Shown: positions 38,663 through 54,014 of the stretch, in pieces
Position numbering within the stretch: position 1 is the stretch's first letter
How the letters are laid out: each line of letters begins with the position of its first letter
Assembly (NCBI GenBank): GCA_031274525.1
Contig: JAISQA010000033.1
Span: 1 to 54,014, forward strand
Source: Candidatus Margulisiibacteriota bacterium
GTDB taxonomy: Bacteria > Margulisbacteria > Termititenacia > Termititenacales > Termititenacaceae
Reading direction: 5' to 3'
Length of the DNA: 54,014 nt
Program-made: the position numbers and the translations under genes
Notes under the pieces: generated by a model
Database searches by the model: none
What the model was told of the DNA's origin: nothing
Seen by the model: the letters and a program-made list of their open reading frames with translations, nothing else

Positions 38663-39493
38663 TTACGCCATCTTTATAATGTAAATCACTGTATAATACG
38701 CAGGCACCGTATCAATGGTAAACGCCATGCCGGAGCCTGTGGCATTGGTTGATTTGTCGTGCAGATTGAGTGTATGCGTATGGGTTGTGCTGTACACCGT
38801 CGATTTGCCGTTTAGATTGAGCGTATGCGTATGGGTCGCGTTATCCGTTGATTTACCGTTTAGATTAAGCGTATGGCTGTGCGATGTATTGTCATTTGTA
38901 GATTTACCATTTAAATTTACAGTATGACTATGGGTATTATCACCCGTTACTGTCCAGGTGCTTCCGGCATTTTTGCCGTTTAAATTACCTCTGCTGGCTC
39001 CTTGAGAATCATAATAACCATGATTGTGCGTATTTTCACTGGTCGTGATGTTTTCATTCTTAAAACTATGGCTATGCGAACCGCCAGTAATACTAATATC
39101 TTCATTTTTCAAGTTATGATCATGCGACCCGCCGGTAATACTAATATTTTCATCTTGTAAGTTATGATTATGCGAACCACCGGTAATGCTGATGTCTTCA
39201 TCCTTTAAGGTATGGGCATGTGCGGGCAGGTTAATCTCCTGCAAGGTAAGGCTCTGGCTGTCCGCGCCATCCGTACTGCCGGAGCTTTCCGCACCACGCA
39301 AAAATTTATTGACCAAATCCGGCGTATACTCATTACCCACCGGCTGCCCGTTACAAATGTACCAGATCTGCTTAAACGCCGCGCTGGCGCTGTTCCAAGC
39401 CGCGGTGGTGTAGGTCAATATCGTGCCCTTAGGGAAAAAAGTTAAATTATTGATGTCGGACGCCAGCAGCGGCTGGCCTGTTTCTATTACCAT
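38663..39493 (-). CDS. Phage tail-collar / tail-fibre-tip-like protein with His-x-His repeats
   Basis: P.GTI..., WYICNG...TPDL..KFLRG collar motif; nine HxH motifs in 16-17-aa repeats; C-terminal P.YY.V.YIIK. Confidence 0.8.
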   Translation of the reverse strand: MVIETGQPLLASDINNLTFFPKGTILTYTTAAWNSASAAFKQIWYICNGQPVGNEYTPDLVNKFLRGAESSGSTDGADSQSLTLQEINLPAHAHTLKDEDISITGGSHNHNLQDENISITGGSHDHNLKNEDISITGGSHSHSFKNENITTSENTHNHGYYDSQGASRGNLNGKNAGSTWTVTGDNTHSHTVNLNGKSTNDNTSHSHTLNLNGKSTDNATHTHTLNLNGKSTVYSTTHTHTLNLHDKSTNATGSGMAFTIDTVPAYYTVIYIIKMA

Positions 39494-39539
39494 AAAACCC
39501 TCCTTTTTTTATTTCAAACTTTAGGGATTATAGCATATT

Positions 39540-39580
39540 TTATGGATAAAATGAATTATATTTATTCATTTTATCCATAA
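39540..39580. promoter_or_regulatory. Perfect 17-bp inverted repeat with 7-bp spacer, candidate XRE operator
   Basis: TTATGGATAAAATGAAT-N7-ATTCATTTTATCCATAA between the divergent genes. Confidence 0.7.
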
Positions 39581-39629
39581 GACAATTCAAAAAAGCCGGA
39601 TAGACTTATTTCACAAGGCGGTAACAAAT

Positions 39630-40001
39630 ATGGATAAAACCAGCGTCGCAAAGGAATTAAAAGCGCTGATCAGCAGCGAGTTAAAACGGATCCGTAAAGA
39701 AAAAGGCCTCACGCTGGAAGCCATGGCCGACCAGGCCGGACTGGAATACACTTCTTTTTACCGCATCTACAGCGGCGGCAATCTGCCCAAACTGATAACG
39801 CTCCTGCAAATAAGCCGGGCTTACGCCATACCTATGGAATACTGGTTTAAGGATATCGAAAATTTTGGGACGGCTAAAAAGGCCGGCTTACAGCAGAAAC
39901 TGGCCGATCTTGATCTCCTGCAAACGCTTAACAGGCTTGACGCCAGCGCTAAAGAGGTTATCTCTAAAATGCTGAAAAGCTACGTGAAAAAACAAAATTA
40001 G
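39630..40001 (+). CDS. XRE-family HTH transcriptional regulator
   Basis: LKRIRKEKGLTLE.MA..AGL......I.SG...PKL.TL. Confidence 0.88.
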   Translation: MDKTSVAKELKALISSELKRIRKEKGLTLEAMADQAGLEYTSFYRIYSGGNLPKLITLLQISRAYAIPMEYWFKDIENFGTAKKAGLQQKLADLDLLQTLNRLDASAKEVISKMLKSYVKKQN

Positions 40002-40225
40002 GCCCGGTAGGCCTGTAAAATTAACCGCGCACATTGCCCAAGCGCCAGCGTAATAAATATTTTGCATCTCGCGCCTATGCGCGAGATACGGCTTCGCGGG
40101 AGCGGAATATCCCGCTCGCCAGCCTGTGTGCGCCGTGGTATTTCACAGCGCAGCCGCGCGAATATTCTCTTTTTCCCCTCAAAGAAAGTGACAGGTAAAA
40201 TAGCTAAGGGTGTTAAGTTCGAGCC

Positions 40226-40260
40226 AAAATAAAAGACTCCTTGCGGAGCCTTTTATTTTT
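40226..40260. terminator. Bidirectional intrinsic terminator after rpoC
   Basis: AAAATAAAAGACTCC-TTGC-GGAGCCTTTTATTTT. Confidence 0.8.
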
Positions 40261-40282
40261 TTAGGCCGGTGATATTCCCCGG

Positions 40283-44473
<4,191 letters not shown>

Positions 44474-44518
44474 TTATTCCTCCTATTTTAATTAGGGTCA
44501 CCGGGCCAAGCCGGGACG

Positions 44519-47728
<3,210 letters not shown>

Positions 47729-47831
47729 TAGCGTGCCTCCTAAATTACATACTAAAACGCATACGCCGACGCCCCGAACCTTTACTTAAAAAAATGTAAA
47801 AGTTCAGGGTATCCGCGCTTAAAAACAATCA

Positions 47832-48221
47832 CTACTTAATCTCAACCTTAGCGCCTTCTTTTTCCAGCTTTTCCTTGATCGCTTTAGCTTCTTCCGCGCT
47901 CACGCCTTCTTTCACAGGCTTCGGCGCTCCGTCCACCACATCCTTGGCTTCTTTGAGGCCCAAACCGGTGATCTCCCGCAGAACCTTCAGCACCTGGATT
48001 TTTTTGTCTCCGGCGCTGGCCAGAATGACATTGACAGTAGAAGAAGCGGCAGCCTCAGCCCCGCCGGCGGCAGCCACAGGAGCCGCGGCCACAGCCACAG
48101 GAGCGGCAGCGGTCACGCCAAATTTTTCTTCCAGAGCTTTCACCAAACCATTCAGCTCCAGCACAGAAAGTTTTTCCACCTTATCGATAATCTCTTGAGC
48201 GACTACAGTTACTTCTGCCAT
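47832..48221 (-). CDS. rplL: 50S ribosomal protein L7/L12
   Basis: [18 protein letters not shown]. Confidence 0.98.
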   Translation of the reverse strand: MAEVTVVAQEIIDKVEKLSVLELNGLVKALEEKFGVTAAAPVAVAAAPVAAAGGAEAAASSTVNVILASAGDKKIQVLKVLREITGLGLKEAKDVVDGAPKPVKEGVSAEEAKAIKEKLEKEGAKVEIK

Positions 48222-48276
48222 AATTAAATTCACCTCCTCGTAAATAAATAGTTTATTTTAGCGCTGCGGCTTTTTC

Positions 48277-48798
48277 TTACGCCGCTTTTTCCAGCTTGCC
48301 TTTTATTTCGTTCAGCCCGTACACTAATTTGCGCAGCGGCCCTTGCAGCACATTGACCAGGCCGGTGATCGGCGATTGCAGCAGGTATACCAGTCTGGAC
48401 AGCAGCTCCTCGCGTCCCGGCAGAGAGGCCAATTCTTTAACCGCGTCTGCGCTGATGATCTGCTTCTGAAAAACGCCGCCCTTGACAGCCACCGCCTCAT
48501 TGGTCTTACAGAATTCAGCCAGCGCTTTGGCCGGAGCGATCGGCTCTTTGGCAAAAATATACGCGGTAGGGCCGGTCAATTGTTTTTCATCATAAGCGAT
48601 ATTCAAATCCTTAAACGCAATCGACACCAGATTGTTTTTGTACACGCAGTATTCGGCCCGCGCAGAGCGCAGTTTGCGGCGCAGAGCACGGTCGTCCGCC
48701 ACAGTCAGTTTATTGTATCTGGAAAACAGCACAAGATCCGCATCCGCAATTTTTTGCTTGATCTCCTCAACCAGCACTTTCTTGCTCTCTTTGACCAT
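48277..48798 (-). CDS. rplJ: 50S ribosomal protein L10
   Basis: V.KN.L, L.GPT, LASLP.REEL. Confidence 0.97.
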   Translation of the reverse strand: MVKESKKVLVEEIKQKIADADLVLFSRYNKLTVADDRALRRKLRSARAEYCVYKNNLVSIAFKDLNIAYDEKQLTGPTAYIFAKEPIAPAKALAEFCKTNEAVAVKGGVFQKQIISADAVKELASLPGREELLSRLVYLLQSPITGLVNVLQGPLRKLVYGLNEIKGKLEKAA

Positions 48799-48860
48799 TA
48801 CCGTACACTCCTCCGCAGGACTTATGCTCCGTCTCCCGGAGCCGCCGGCTTCTCTGGATC

Positions 48861-49547
48861 TTAGTTAACGCTCACGACCACTTTCACGCCCGGCCCCATA
48901 GTCGGCGCCAGATAAATACCCTTGACATAAACGCCTTTCAGCGTCGAAGGTTTGGCTTTGAGTATGGCTTCATACAGCACGTCATAATTCGTCTTTAACT
49001 GTTCGGCCGAAAAAGATTTCTTGCCGATGATCGTATGGATCACTCCGGATTTGTCCGATTTGTACTCGACTTTGCCGGCTTTCTGTTCGTTGATCGCTCT
49101 GGTCACATCATTAACCACCGTGCCGGCTTTAGGCGTCGGCATCAGGCCTTTGCGTCCCAGAATTTTGCCGAGTTTGGCGACTTTGGGCATCATGTCCGGC
49201 GTGGCCAGCAGCACGTCAAAATCCGTAAAGCCGCCGTTGATTTTCTCGACCAGATCGTCCGCGCCGACAAAATCCGCTCCGGCTTTTTCCGCCTGCTTGA
49301 GATTGTCGCCGTTGGTGATGATCGCCACGGTGACTTTTTTACCCAGACCAGCCGGCATCGCCACAGCGCCGCGCACCATCTGCTCGCCTTTTTTCGGGTC
49401 AATGCCCAGCACAAAAGTCGCTTCAATGGTCTCGTCAAATTTAGCAATACCCAGCTCGCGGACTTTGCCCAGCGCCTCGTCCAGCGGCCAGGCCTCCCGG
49501 CCTTTGACCAGCTCTAATTTTGCGTTGTATTTTTTACCATGCGCCAT
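48861..49547 (-). CDS. rplA: 50S ribosomal protein L1
   Basis: AKFDET, GLMP.PKAGTV, TMGPG. Confidence 0.98.
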   Translation of the reverse strand: MAHGKKYNAKLELVKGREAWPLDEALGKVRELGIAKFDETIEATFVLGIDPKKGEQMVRGAVAMPAGLGKKVTVAIITNGDNLKQAEKAGADFVGADDLVEKINGGFTDFDVLLATPDMMPKVAKLGKILGRKGLMPTPKAGTVVNDVTRAINEQKAGKVEYKSDKSGVIHTIIGKKSFSAEQLKTNYDVLYEAILKAKPSTLKGVYVKGIYLAPTMGPGVKVVVSVN

Positions 49548-49559
49548 TTTTATTCTCCC

Positions 49560-50018
49560 TTAATCAATAACATCCACGCCCATAGAGCGGCAGGTGCCGG
49601 CAATGACCGTGACCGCGTCTTCCGGGGTATAACAGTTCAGGCCGTCCATTTTTTGTTTGGCGATCTCCAGCAGTTTTGCTCTGGTGATCTGGCCGATCTT
49701 GTTTTTATTCGGCACCGCGGAGCCTTTGGGCACATTCAGGGCTTTCTTGATCAGCACCGAAGCGGGCGGCGATTTCAGCTTAAAGGTAAAGGTGCGGTCG
49801 CTGAAAACCGAGATCTCGACCGGGATCGTCTGCCCGGCCTTGTCCTTGGTCTGATCATTGTAGGCCTTGCAAAAATCCATAATATTCAGGCCGTGCTGGC
49901 CCAGCGCCGGGCCTACCGGCGGCGCAGGATTGGCTTTGCCGGCTTCGATCTGCAATTTGACTATGGCCACCAATTGCTTAGCGCCGCCCGGTTTGCCGCC
50001 TTTTTTCTGTTCGCCCAT
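49560..50018 (-). CDS. rplK: 50S ribosomal protein L11
   Basis: [18 protein letters not shown]. Confidence 0.98.
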   Translation of the reverse strand: MGEQKKGGKPGGAKQLVAIVKLQIEAGKANPAPPVGPALGQHGLNIMDFCKAYNDQTKDKAGQTIPVEISVFSDRTFTFKLKSPPASVLIKKALNVPKGSAVPNKNKIGQITRAKLLEIAKQKMDGLNCYTPEDAVTVIAGTCRSMGVDVID

Positions 50019-50051
50019 AATACTGGTTCCTCTCTTTATTTTTGTTCAGCG

Positions 50052-50708
50052 CTACGCATTTTTCTCGATCTGGTTAAAATCCAGCTCCATTGGCGTGGAG
50101 CGGCCAAAAATCGAGATCATTACTTTTACTTTGCCGCGCTCGGCCAAAATCTCTTTGATCTCGCCGACATAGCCGCGGAAAGGCCCGGAAATAACTTTGA
50201 CGCTTTCATTCACTTCAAAATCAATCTCCGTGCGCGGCTGCACATCCTCGCCGGTCTGATTGAGAATACGCTGCATATCTTTTTCCGGCACAGGCTCCGG
50301 AAAACCGGCGCCGACAAATTTGGACACGCCGTTGATCCGGCGGATCTGGTACCAGGCCTCGTCGTCTTTTTCCATATTAATGAAAACATAGCCCGGATAC
50401 ATCATCCGGCGGTGCTCTTTGCGCTTGTTATTTTTTACCTCTATAACATCCTCTTCCGGTATTAAGACTTTATGCACTCTGTCCTGCAGATTAAATTCTT
50501 TTATTTTCTGCTCGATCGCCGTGCAGACTTTTTTTTCGTAGCCGGTGAAGACGTGCAGAATAAACCAGTCGCCCTGGAGTTCGGCCAGCGGGATAGGCTC
50601 CACAGCAGGCTGCGGGCTGGTCAGCGCGGAAGTATCCACCGGAACATCCGCAGCCGGCGCCGCAGCGCTGTCTTCTATTATATTTTCGGTCACTTCTCCG
50701 TCAGTCAC
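50052..50708 (-). CDS. nusG: Transcription factor NusG
   Basis: G.E.KV, YPGYVF, KOW motif GPF, IFGR.TP.EL. Confidence 0.97.
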   Translation of the reverse strand: MTDGEVTENIIEDSAAAPAADVPVDTSALTSPQPAVEPIPLAELQGDWFILHVFTGYEKKVCTAIEQKIKEFNLQDRVHKVLIPEEDVIEVKNNKRKEHRRMMYPGYVFINMEKDDEAWYQIRRINGVSKFVGAGFPEPVPEKDMQRILNQTGEDVQPRTEIDFEVNESVKVISGPFRGYVGEIKEILAERGKVKVMISIFGRSTPMELDFNQIEKNA

Positions 50709-50734
50709 TTTTTACCAATCCTCTATCTTTATAA

Positions 50735-50896
50735 TTACCTAAACAACAAGGCGCCCAGGATCAAATCCAGCGCAAAGGTAAACAGGGTCATCAGCGCCAC
50801 GATCAAAAAAACCACCACGGTTATCTGCCAGACCCGCGCCGGAGCCGGCCAGTCTACTTTTTTCATCTCTGTTTTCAAGTCGGCTAAAAAAGCCAT
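50735..50896 (-). CDS. secE: Preprotein translocase SecE (53 aa, not in the ORF track)
   Basis: MAFLADLKTEMKKVDWP followed by one TM helix; synteny. Confidence 0.93.
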   Translation of the reverse strand: MAFLADLKTEMKKVDWPAPARVWQITVVVFLIVALMTLFTFALDLILGALLFR

Positions 50897-50918
50897 TTAT
50901 TCTCTCCATAATATACCC

Positions 50919-51080
50919 TGCGGCCGGCACGCCTGCGCGCGTAAAGTAATCCGCGCTTACGTCACCCGCTTTAGCGAGCTCGTAGGTCTCACTTAACTTC
51001 GCTCCGCTTGTTAAGTTCGACTGGCAGGCCGTCCGCCTTTTGCGGCCGGCACGCCTGCGCGCGTAAGGTAATCCGCGCTT
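50919..51080. repeat. 40-bp direct repeats (50919-50958, 51041-51080) enclosing a hairpin element
   Basis: TGCGGCCGGCACGCCTGCGCGCGTAARGTAATCCGCGCTT twice with one mismatch; adjoins the tRNA 3' end. Confidence 0.9.
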
Positions 51081-51155
51081 GGCAGGCGAGACAGGAATCG
51101 AACCTGCAACCTACGGTTTTGGAGACCGCCACTCTACCAGTTGAGCTACTCGCCT
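51080..51155 (-). tRNA. trnW: tRNA-Trp(CCA)
   Basis: 76-nt cloverleaf, anticodon loop CTCCAAA, GGTTCGATTCC T-arm, encoded CCA; lies between rpmG and secE. Confidence 0.97.
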
Positions 51156-51174
51156 GTGCTCTCCAAAACAAAAC

Positions 51175-51324
51175 TTATTTTGTTTCCTTATGCGGAGTAT
51201 GCTTCTTATCCCACTTGCAATACTTCTTCAGCGTTATACGCTCCGGATTATTTTTCTTTTCTTTCGTCGTAACATAATTCCGGCGCTTGCAAACTTCACA
51301 TTCCAGAGTAATTATTTCTCTCAT
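51175..51324 (-). CDS. rpmG: 50S ribosomal protein L33 (49 aa, not in the ORF track)
   Basis: [49 protein letters not shown]. Confidence 0.96.
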   Translation of the reverse strand: MREIITLECEVCKRRNYVTTKEKKNNPERITLKKYCKWDKKHTPHKETK

Positions 51325-51569
51325 TTTTTACCAAACCTACCGCTTTTTTTACCCATTCTAACACACAAAAAGGACGCTTATTTAACTATACCTGTATATT
51401 TATGTCAATAGAGTGTATGAGCTACGCACAAATGAGACTTAGTTAGAGTATTCAATCCAAAAATCCAGCGTGGTCATATTGCCCGGGGATTTATGTACCC
51501 GTTTGGTATTAAACCAGATCAAGTGCTTAATAAACTTAGCATTAAATTCCTGCAAACAGAAATCATCCT

Positions 51570-51741
51570 GCGGCCGGAAATTAGACACTGCACCTGCCGC
51601 GCGTCCCGCCGGTTATTCAAAGCACTGCCCGATCATCAACTGCACACCGTGTCCGCCCATTGCGGCTACGAATTAAAAAACCAGCACAACGCCCTTGCGG
51701 ACGCGGAAGCCTGCGCGGGGATTGCGCAGATGGTGTTTTAG
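51570..51741 (+). pseudogene. C-terminal remnant of a DEDDh 3'-5' exonuclease (DnaQ-like)
   Basis: CT..ASRRLF..LP.HQL.TV..HCG..L...HNALADAEACA.I; N-terminal ExoI/ExoII motifs absent; left boundary approximate. Confidence 0.7.
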
Positions 51742-51836
51742 CTGCAAAGTGTTGCTTTTTTCCATAAAAATGATATTATAATAGCAAAATTATCATGAAA
51801 AATGATATTTATAATATTATTTTTAGGAGAATGTCA

Positions 51837-52073
51837 TGATACGGAGAGATTTAGCCGGAACAATAGACCGCTGGCTGTTTAGTGTAGGAGTACGATGGAC
51901 AGTTTGCCGGTTATGAATTTAAGTATCACAAAGCCTCAGCCAAGCCCGTCAGGAATTTTCTGGCTCAATATACGCCGTCCAGCGTGCAGGTCATCAACAA
52001 AACCAACTGGGCGGAATTTTTGGGCGGCACGGCGGATAAAAAACAGCCCGGGCATTTAAAGCCTGCGCGGTGA
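51837..52073 (+). pseudogene. Internally deleted AAA+/DUF4143 ATPase remnant
   Basis: AGGAG RBS plus MIRRDLAGTIDRWLF N-terminus joined almost directly to a C-terminal EYDGQFAGYEFKY..NFLAQY..VINKTNWAEFL segment. Confidence 0.6.
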
Positions 52074-52113
52074 GCGCACTGAGGGTGTCTGACCTCAACG
52101 AGAGCGTCGCCTA

Positions 52114-52143
52114 TTGACACCCGGGTTATACCCGGGTTATACT
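52114..52143 (+). promoter_or_regulatory. Promoter TTGACA-18-TATACT containing repeated CCCGGG operator-like sites; leaderless start
   Basis: ACCCGGGTTAT occurs twice between and over the boxes; ATG at 52150 is at the expected +1. Confidence 0.7.
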
Positions 52144-52149
52144 TTTGTT

Positions 52150-52392
52150 ATGAAAACAGCCATATCCTTGCCCGATAGTCTATATCATGAAGCTGAGCAC
52201 GCCGCGCGCTTTCTGAATATTCCGCGCAGCAGGTTGTATACGCTGGCCTTAACGGAATACCTCACCAATCACGCCAATAGTCCGCAAAATATTACCAAGC
52301 GGCTGGACGCGGTGTATGCACAGACGAGCCCCGAAACCCTGTCTGCCGGACTGGAAGCGGCCAGAAAATTGACCAAAAATGATGCGTGGTGA
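52150..52392 (+). CDS. Ribbon-helix-helix antitoxin (ChpI/MazE-like)
   Basis: MKTAISLPD.L...A...A....RS.LY..AL.EYL..IT.RLD.VY; overlaps the toxin gene. Confidence 0.85.
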   Translation: MKTAISLPDSLYHEAEHAARFLNIPRSRLYTLALTEYLTNHANSPQNITKRLDAVYAQTSPETLSAGLEAARKLTKNDAW

Positions 52393-52720
52393 GATTTGGT
52401 GGGCGGACTTAGGTCTGCCGTTCGGCAGCGAAACGGGATTCAAGAGACCCGTGTTAATTCTGCAAAACGACGCTTTTAACCGCAGCAGGATCAATACCGT
52501 AGTGGTCGTGCCGTTTACTACCAACCTTGCGCTGGCAGATGCTCCCGGTAATGTTTATGCCGCAAAAACGGCAACTAAACTGCCAAAAGATTCCGTGGTT
52601 GTGGTGTCACAGGTAGTTGCTATCGACAAAAAACGTCTGATCAAAAAACGCTCCAGATTGACAGAAACGCTGCTGGCTGAAGTAGAAACCGGTCTGCTGC
52701 TAACGCTGGGGATTGCTTAA
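52379..52720 (+). CDS. mazF: PemK/MazF-family endoribonuclease toxin
   Basis: RGEIWWADL..P.GSE.G..RPVLILQND.FN, TTN..LA.APGNV, DSV..VSQ. Confidence 0.93.
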   Translation: MMRGEIWWADLGLPFGSETGFKRPVLILQNDAFNRSRINTVVVVPFTTNLALADAPGNVYAAKTATKLPKDSVVVVSQVVAIDKKRLIKKRSRLTETLLAEVETGLLLTLGIA

Positions 52721-52847
52721 AATATCCGCAAGGTCAAATCGGAATTGATCGCACGAAAACCTGCCGCGATATAGTTAATTATTCTTTAATCATCGGCAGG
52801 CGTATCGCTGTTTTGTAAAACCTAAAATTTTTCTGTTCGCCTTTATA

Positions 52848-53480
52848 TTACACCATTCTGGCGAGGCGAAATCCGAAGTTGTGGTAGGGCATGTTAGGGA
52901 AGTTGACGTTCATACTGCTGTCGCGGTTAGGAGTGCCATAATTGAGCATATTTGGATAATCACAACTGATCAAGTAATACTCATAAGTACGATGATCACC
53001 ATAATTAAACCATACCCATTCACGCTGAGAATGATATTCCAGTTTGCCATCAAAATAAGAGTGCTGCCATTCATCAATTTCCGGTAGGCGGTAAACTTTT
53101 TTCCTGTCCATAGCGTATATTAGCTGATAAAGGAGGCAATGTTCATCATCAATACTGGTGGTATAACCAAAGTCGTTCATTTCGGCCTTTACTGCAGCCG
53201 GAACATCTGAGGCAGAGTGCGTTTGCCTAACACACGTTCTAACGGCCTCATACCAGGTAATTTTAGTCGATGTCAAAGAACTTGATATCCAAAGCGTTCC
53301 ACGCATCAACTTTTGAATGGCATCCCGTACGGCCTTGGCCGAGGGATACTGGGCATCGGTGGACGAAGCGGATAGACTGGTGGTTTTGTTGCTGACGTCT
53401 TCTTTCCTGTCCAGCGCAGCTTCCATGTCGCTGGCGTTCACCTGGTTTCCCGCGGCTATTCCTGAATATTTTTCTGCCAT
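52848..53480 (-). CDS. Fibre-like N-terminal anchor fused to an FGE-sulfatase/CLec-fold domain
   Basis: KEDVSNKTT..STD.QYPSAKAV fibre-type motif; degenerate CLec motifs ITWYEA...C, YRLP...EW, EWV and terminal GFRLAR. Confidence 0.68.
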   Translation of the reverse strand: MAEKYSGIAAGNQVNASDMEAALDRKEDVSNKTTSLSASSTDAQYPSAKAVRDAIQKLMRGTLWISSSLTSTKITWYEAVRTCVRQTHSASDVPAAVKAEMNDFGYTTSIDDEHCLLYQLIYAMDRKKVYRLPEIDEWQHSYFDGKLEYHSQREWVWFNYGDHRTYEYYLISCDYPNMLNYGTPNRDSSMNVNFPNMPYHNFGFRLARMV

Positions 53481-53514
53481 AATGCACCATCTCCCTCTCA
53501 ATATAGATTGAAAT

Positions 53515-53756
53515 CCAGCCGGAACATCGGGGGCAGATTGCGTTTGCCCAACACACGTTCTAACGGACTCATACTAGGTAATGCTAGCTTGAATAGCATC
53601 CCATACGGCTTTGGCCGAGGGATACTGGGCATCGGTGGACGAACCGGATAGACTGGTGGTTTTGTTGCTGACGTCTTCTTTCCTGTCCAGCGCGGCTTCC
53701 ACGTCGCTGGCTTTCAGCCATTTTCCTGTAGCTATCCCTGAATATTTTTCTGCCAT
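53515..53756 (-). pseudogene. Decayed tandem copy of the 5' part of 52848..53480
   Basis: 276-bp offset; near-identical RBS and N-terminus, about 45-nt deletion, TGG>TAG change, a frameshift, and truncation at TTCCGGCTG. Confidence 0.85.
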
Positions 53757-53900
53757 AATGCACCATCTCCCTCTCAATATAGATTGAAATCCAGCCGGAA
53801 TAAAAAATACGTCCTAGGGCGGCAAACCGCAGTTAGCTAACTTTTTACGAAGTTCAGTGAAAAATTGTACCTGACAAAAACCGTTTTTTGTGCTTACTTT

Positions 53901-54014
53901 AGTTGTGAGTTGTGAGTTGTGAGTTGTGAGTTGTGAGTTGTGAGTTGTGAGTTGTGAGTTGTGAGTTGTGAGTTGTGAGTTGTGAGTTGTGAGTTGTGAG
54001 TTGTGAGTTGTGAG
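53901..54014. repeat. Heptamer tandem repeat (AGTTGTG), at least 16 copies, runs off the window
   Basis: Read directly; perfect repeats. Confidence 0.97.

Noticed and set aside
38663..40001. Prophage
   Set aside because: No integrase, capsid, terminase, portal or lysis genes and no att pair; only two accessory genes.
48799..48860. L10 leader RNA
   Set aside because: TCCTGCGGAGG resembles the 3' half, but I cannot find the matching 5' strand; a covariance-model search is needed.
50739..50930. 63-aa ORF from the track as the gene upstream of nusG
   Set aside because: Wrong frame; the overlapping 50735..50896 frame carries the SecE motif EMKKVDWP.
53190..53800. DGR template/variable repeat pair formed by the 276-bp duplication
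   Set aside because: Differences are not restricted to adenines, include indels, and cover the N-terminus rather than the CLec tip.
53901..54014. Telomere or eukaryotic contamination
   Set aside because: The flanking sequence is continuous bacterial DNA; a VNTR at a contig end is the simpler explanation.

Overview
Bacterial chromosome segment, roughly 50% GC by eye. The core (24.0-51.3 kb, minus strand) is the rpmG-tRNA-Trp-secE-nusG-rplKAJL-rpoBC / rpsLG-fusA / S10-spc-secY-adk supercluster. It has no tuf at either usual position, no intact rpmD, and an unsplit but cyanobacteria-like RpoC. This suggests a non-photosynthetic relative of Cyanobacteria such as Margulisbacteria, perhaps a termite-gut Termititenax-like lineage (inference only). 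The left flank holds a disrupted Rpn nuclease, a surface-glycan locus, two AAA+/DUF4143 ATPases with upstream repeat or operator motifs, a GH116 glycosidase with a sugar ABC importer, a BrnTA toxin-antitoxin pair and a cobalamin-riboswitch-led TonB receptor operon. In the glycan locus, three glycosyltransferase genes carry simple-sequence tracts (C10 off, G16 off, C14+(AC)9 on) and a 70-bp direct repeat brackets a 2.4-kb cassette, consistent with phase variation. An XRE regulator and a His-x-His tail-fibre-like gene sit between rpoC and rpsL. The right end has gene remnants, a MazEF-like pair, a fibre-anchor/FGE-CLec gene whose tip resembles a diversity-generating-retroelement variable region (plus a decayed tandem copy), and a heptamer VNTR running off the window. 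No rRNA, CRISPR array, integrase or reverse transcriptase was seen.
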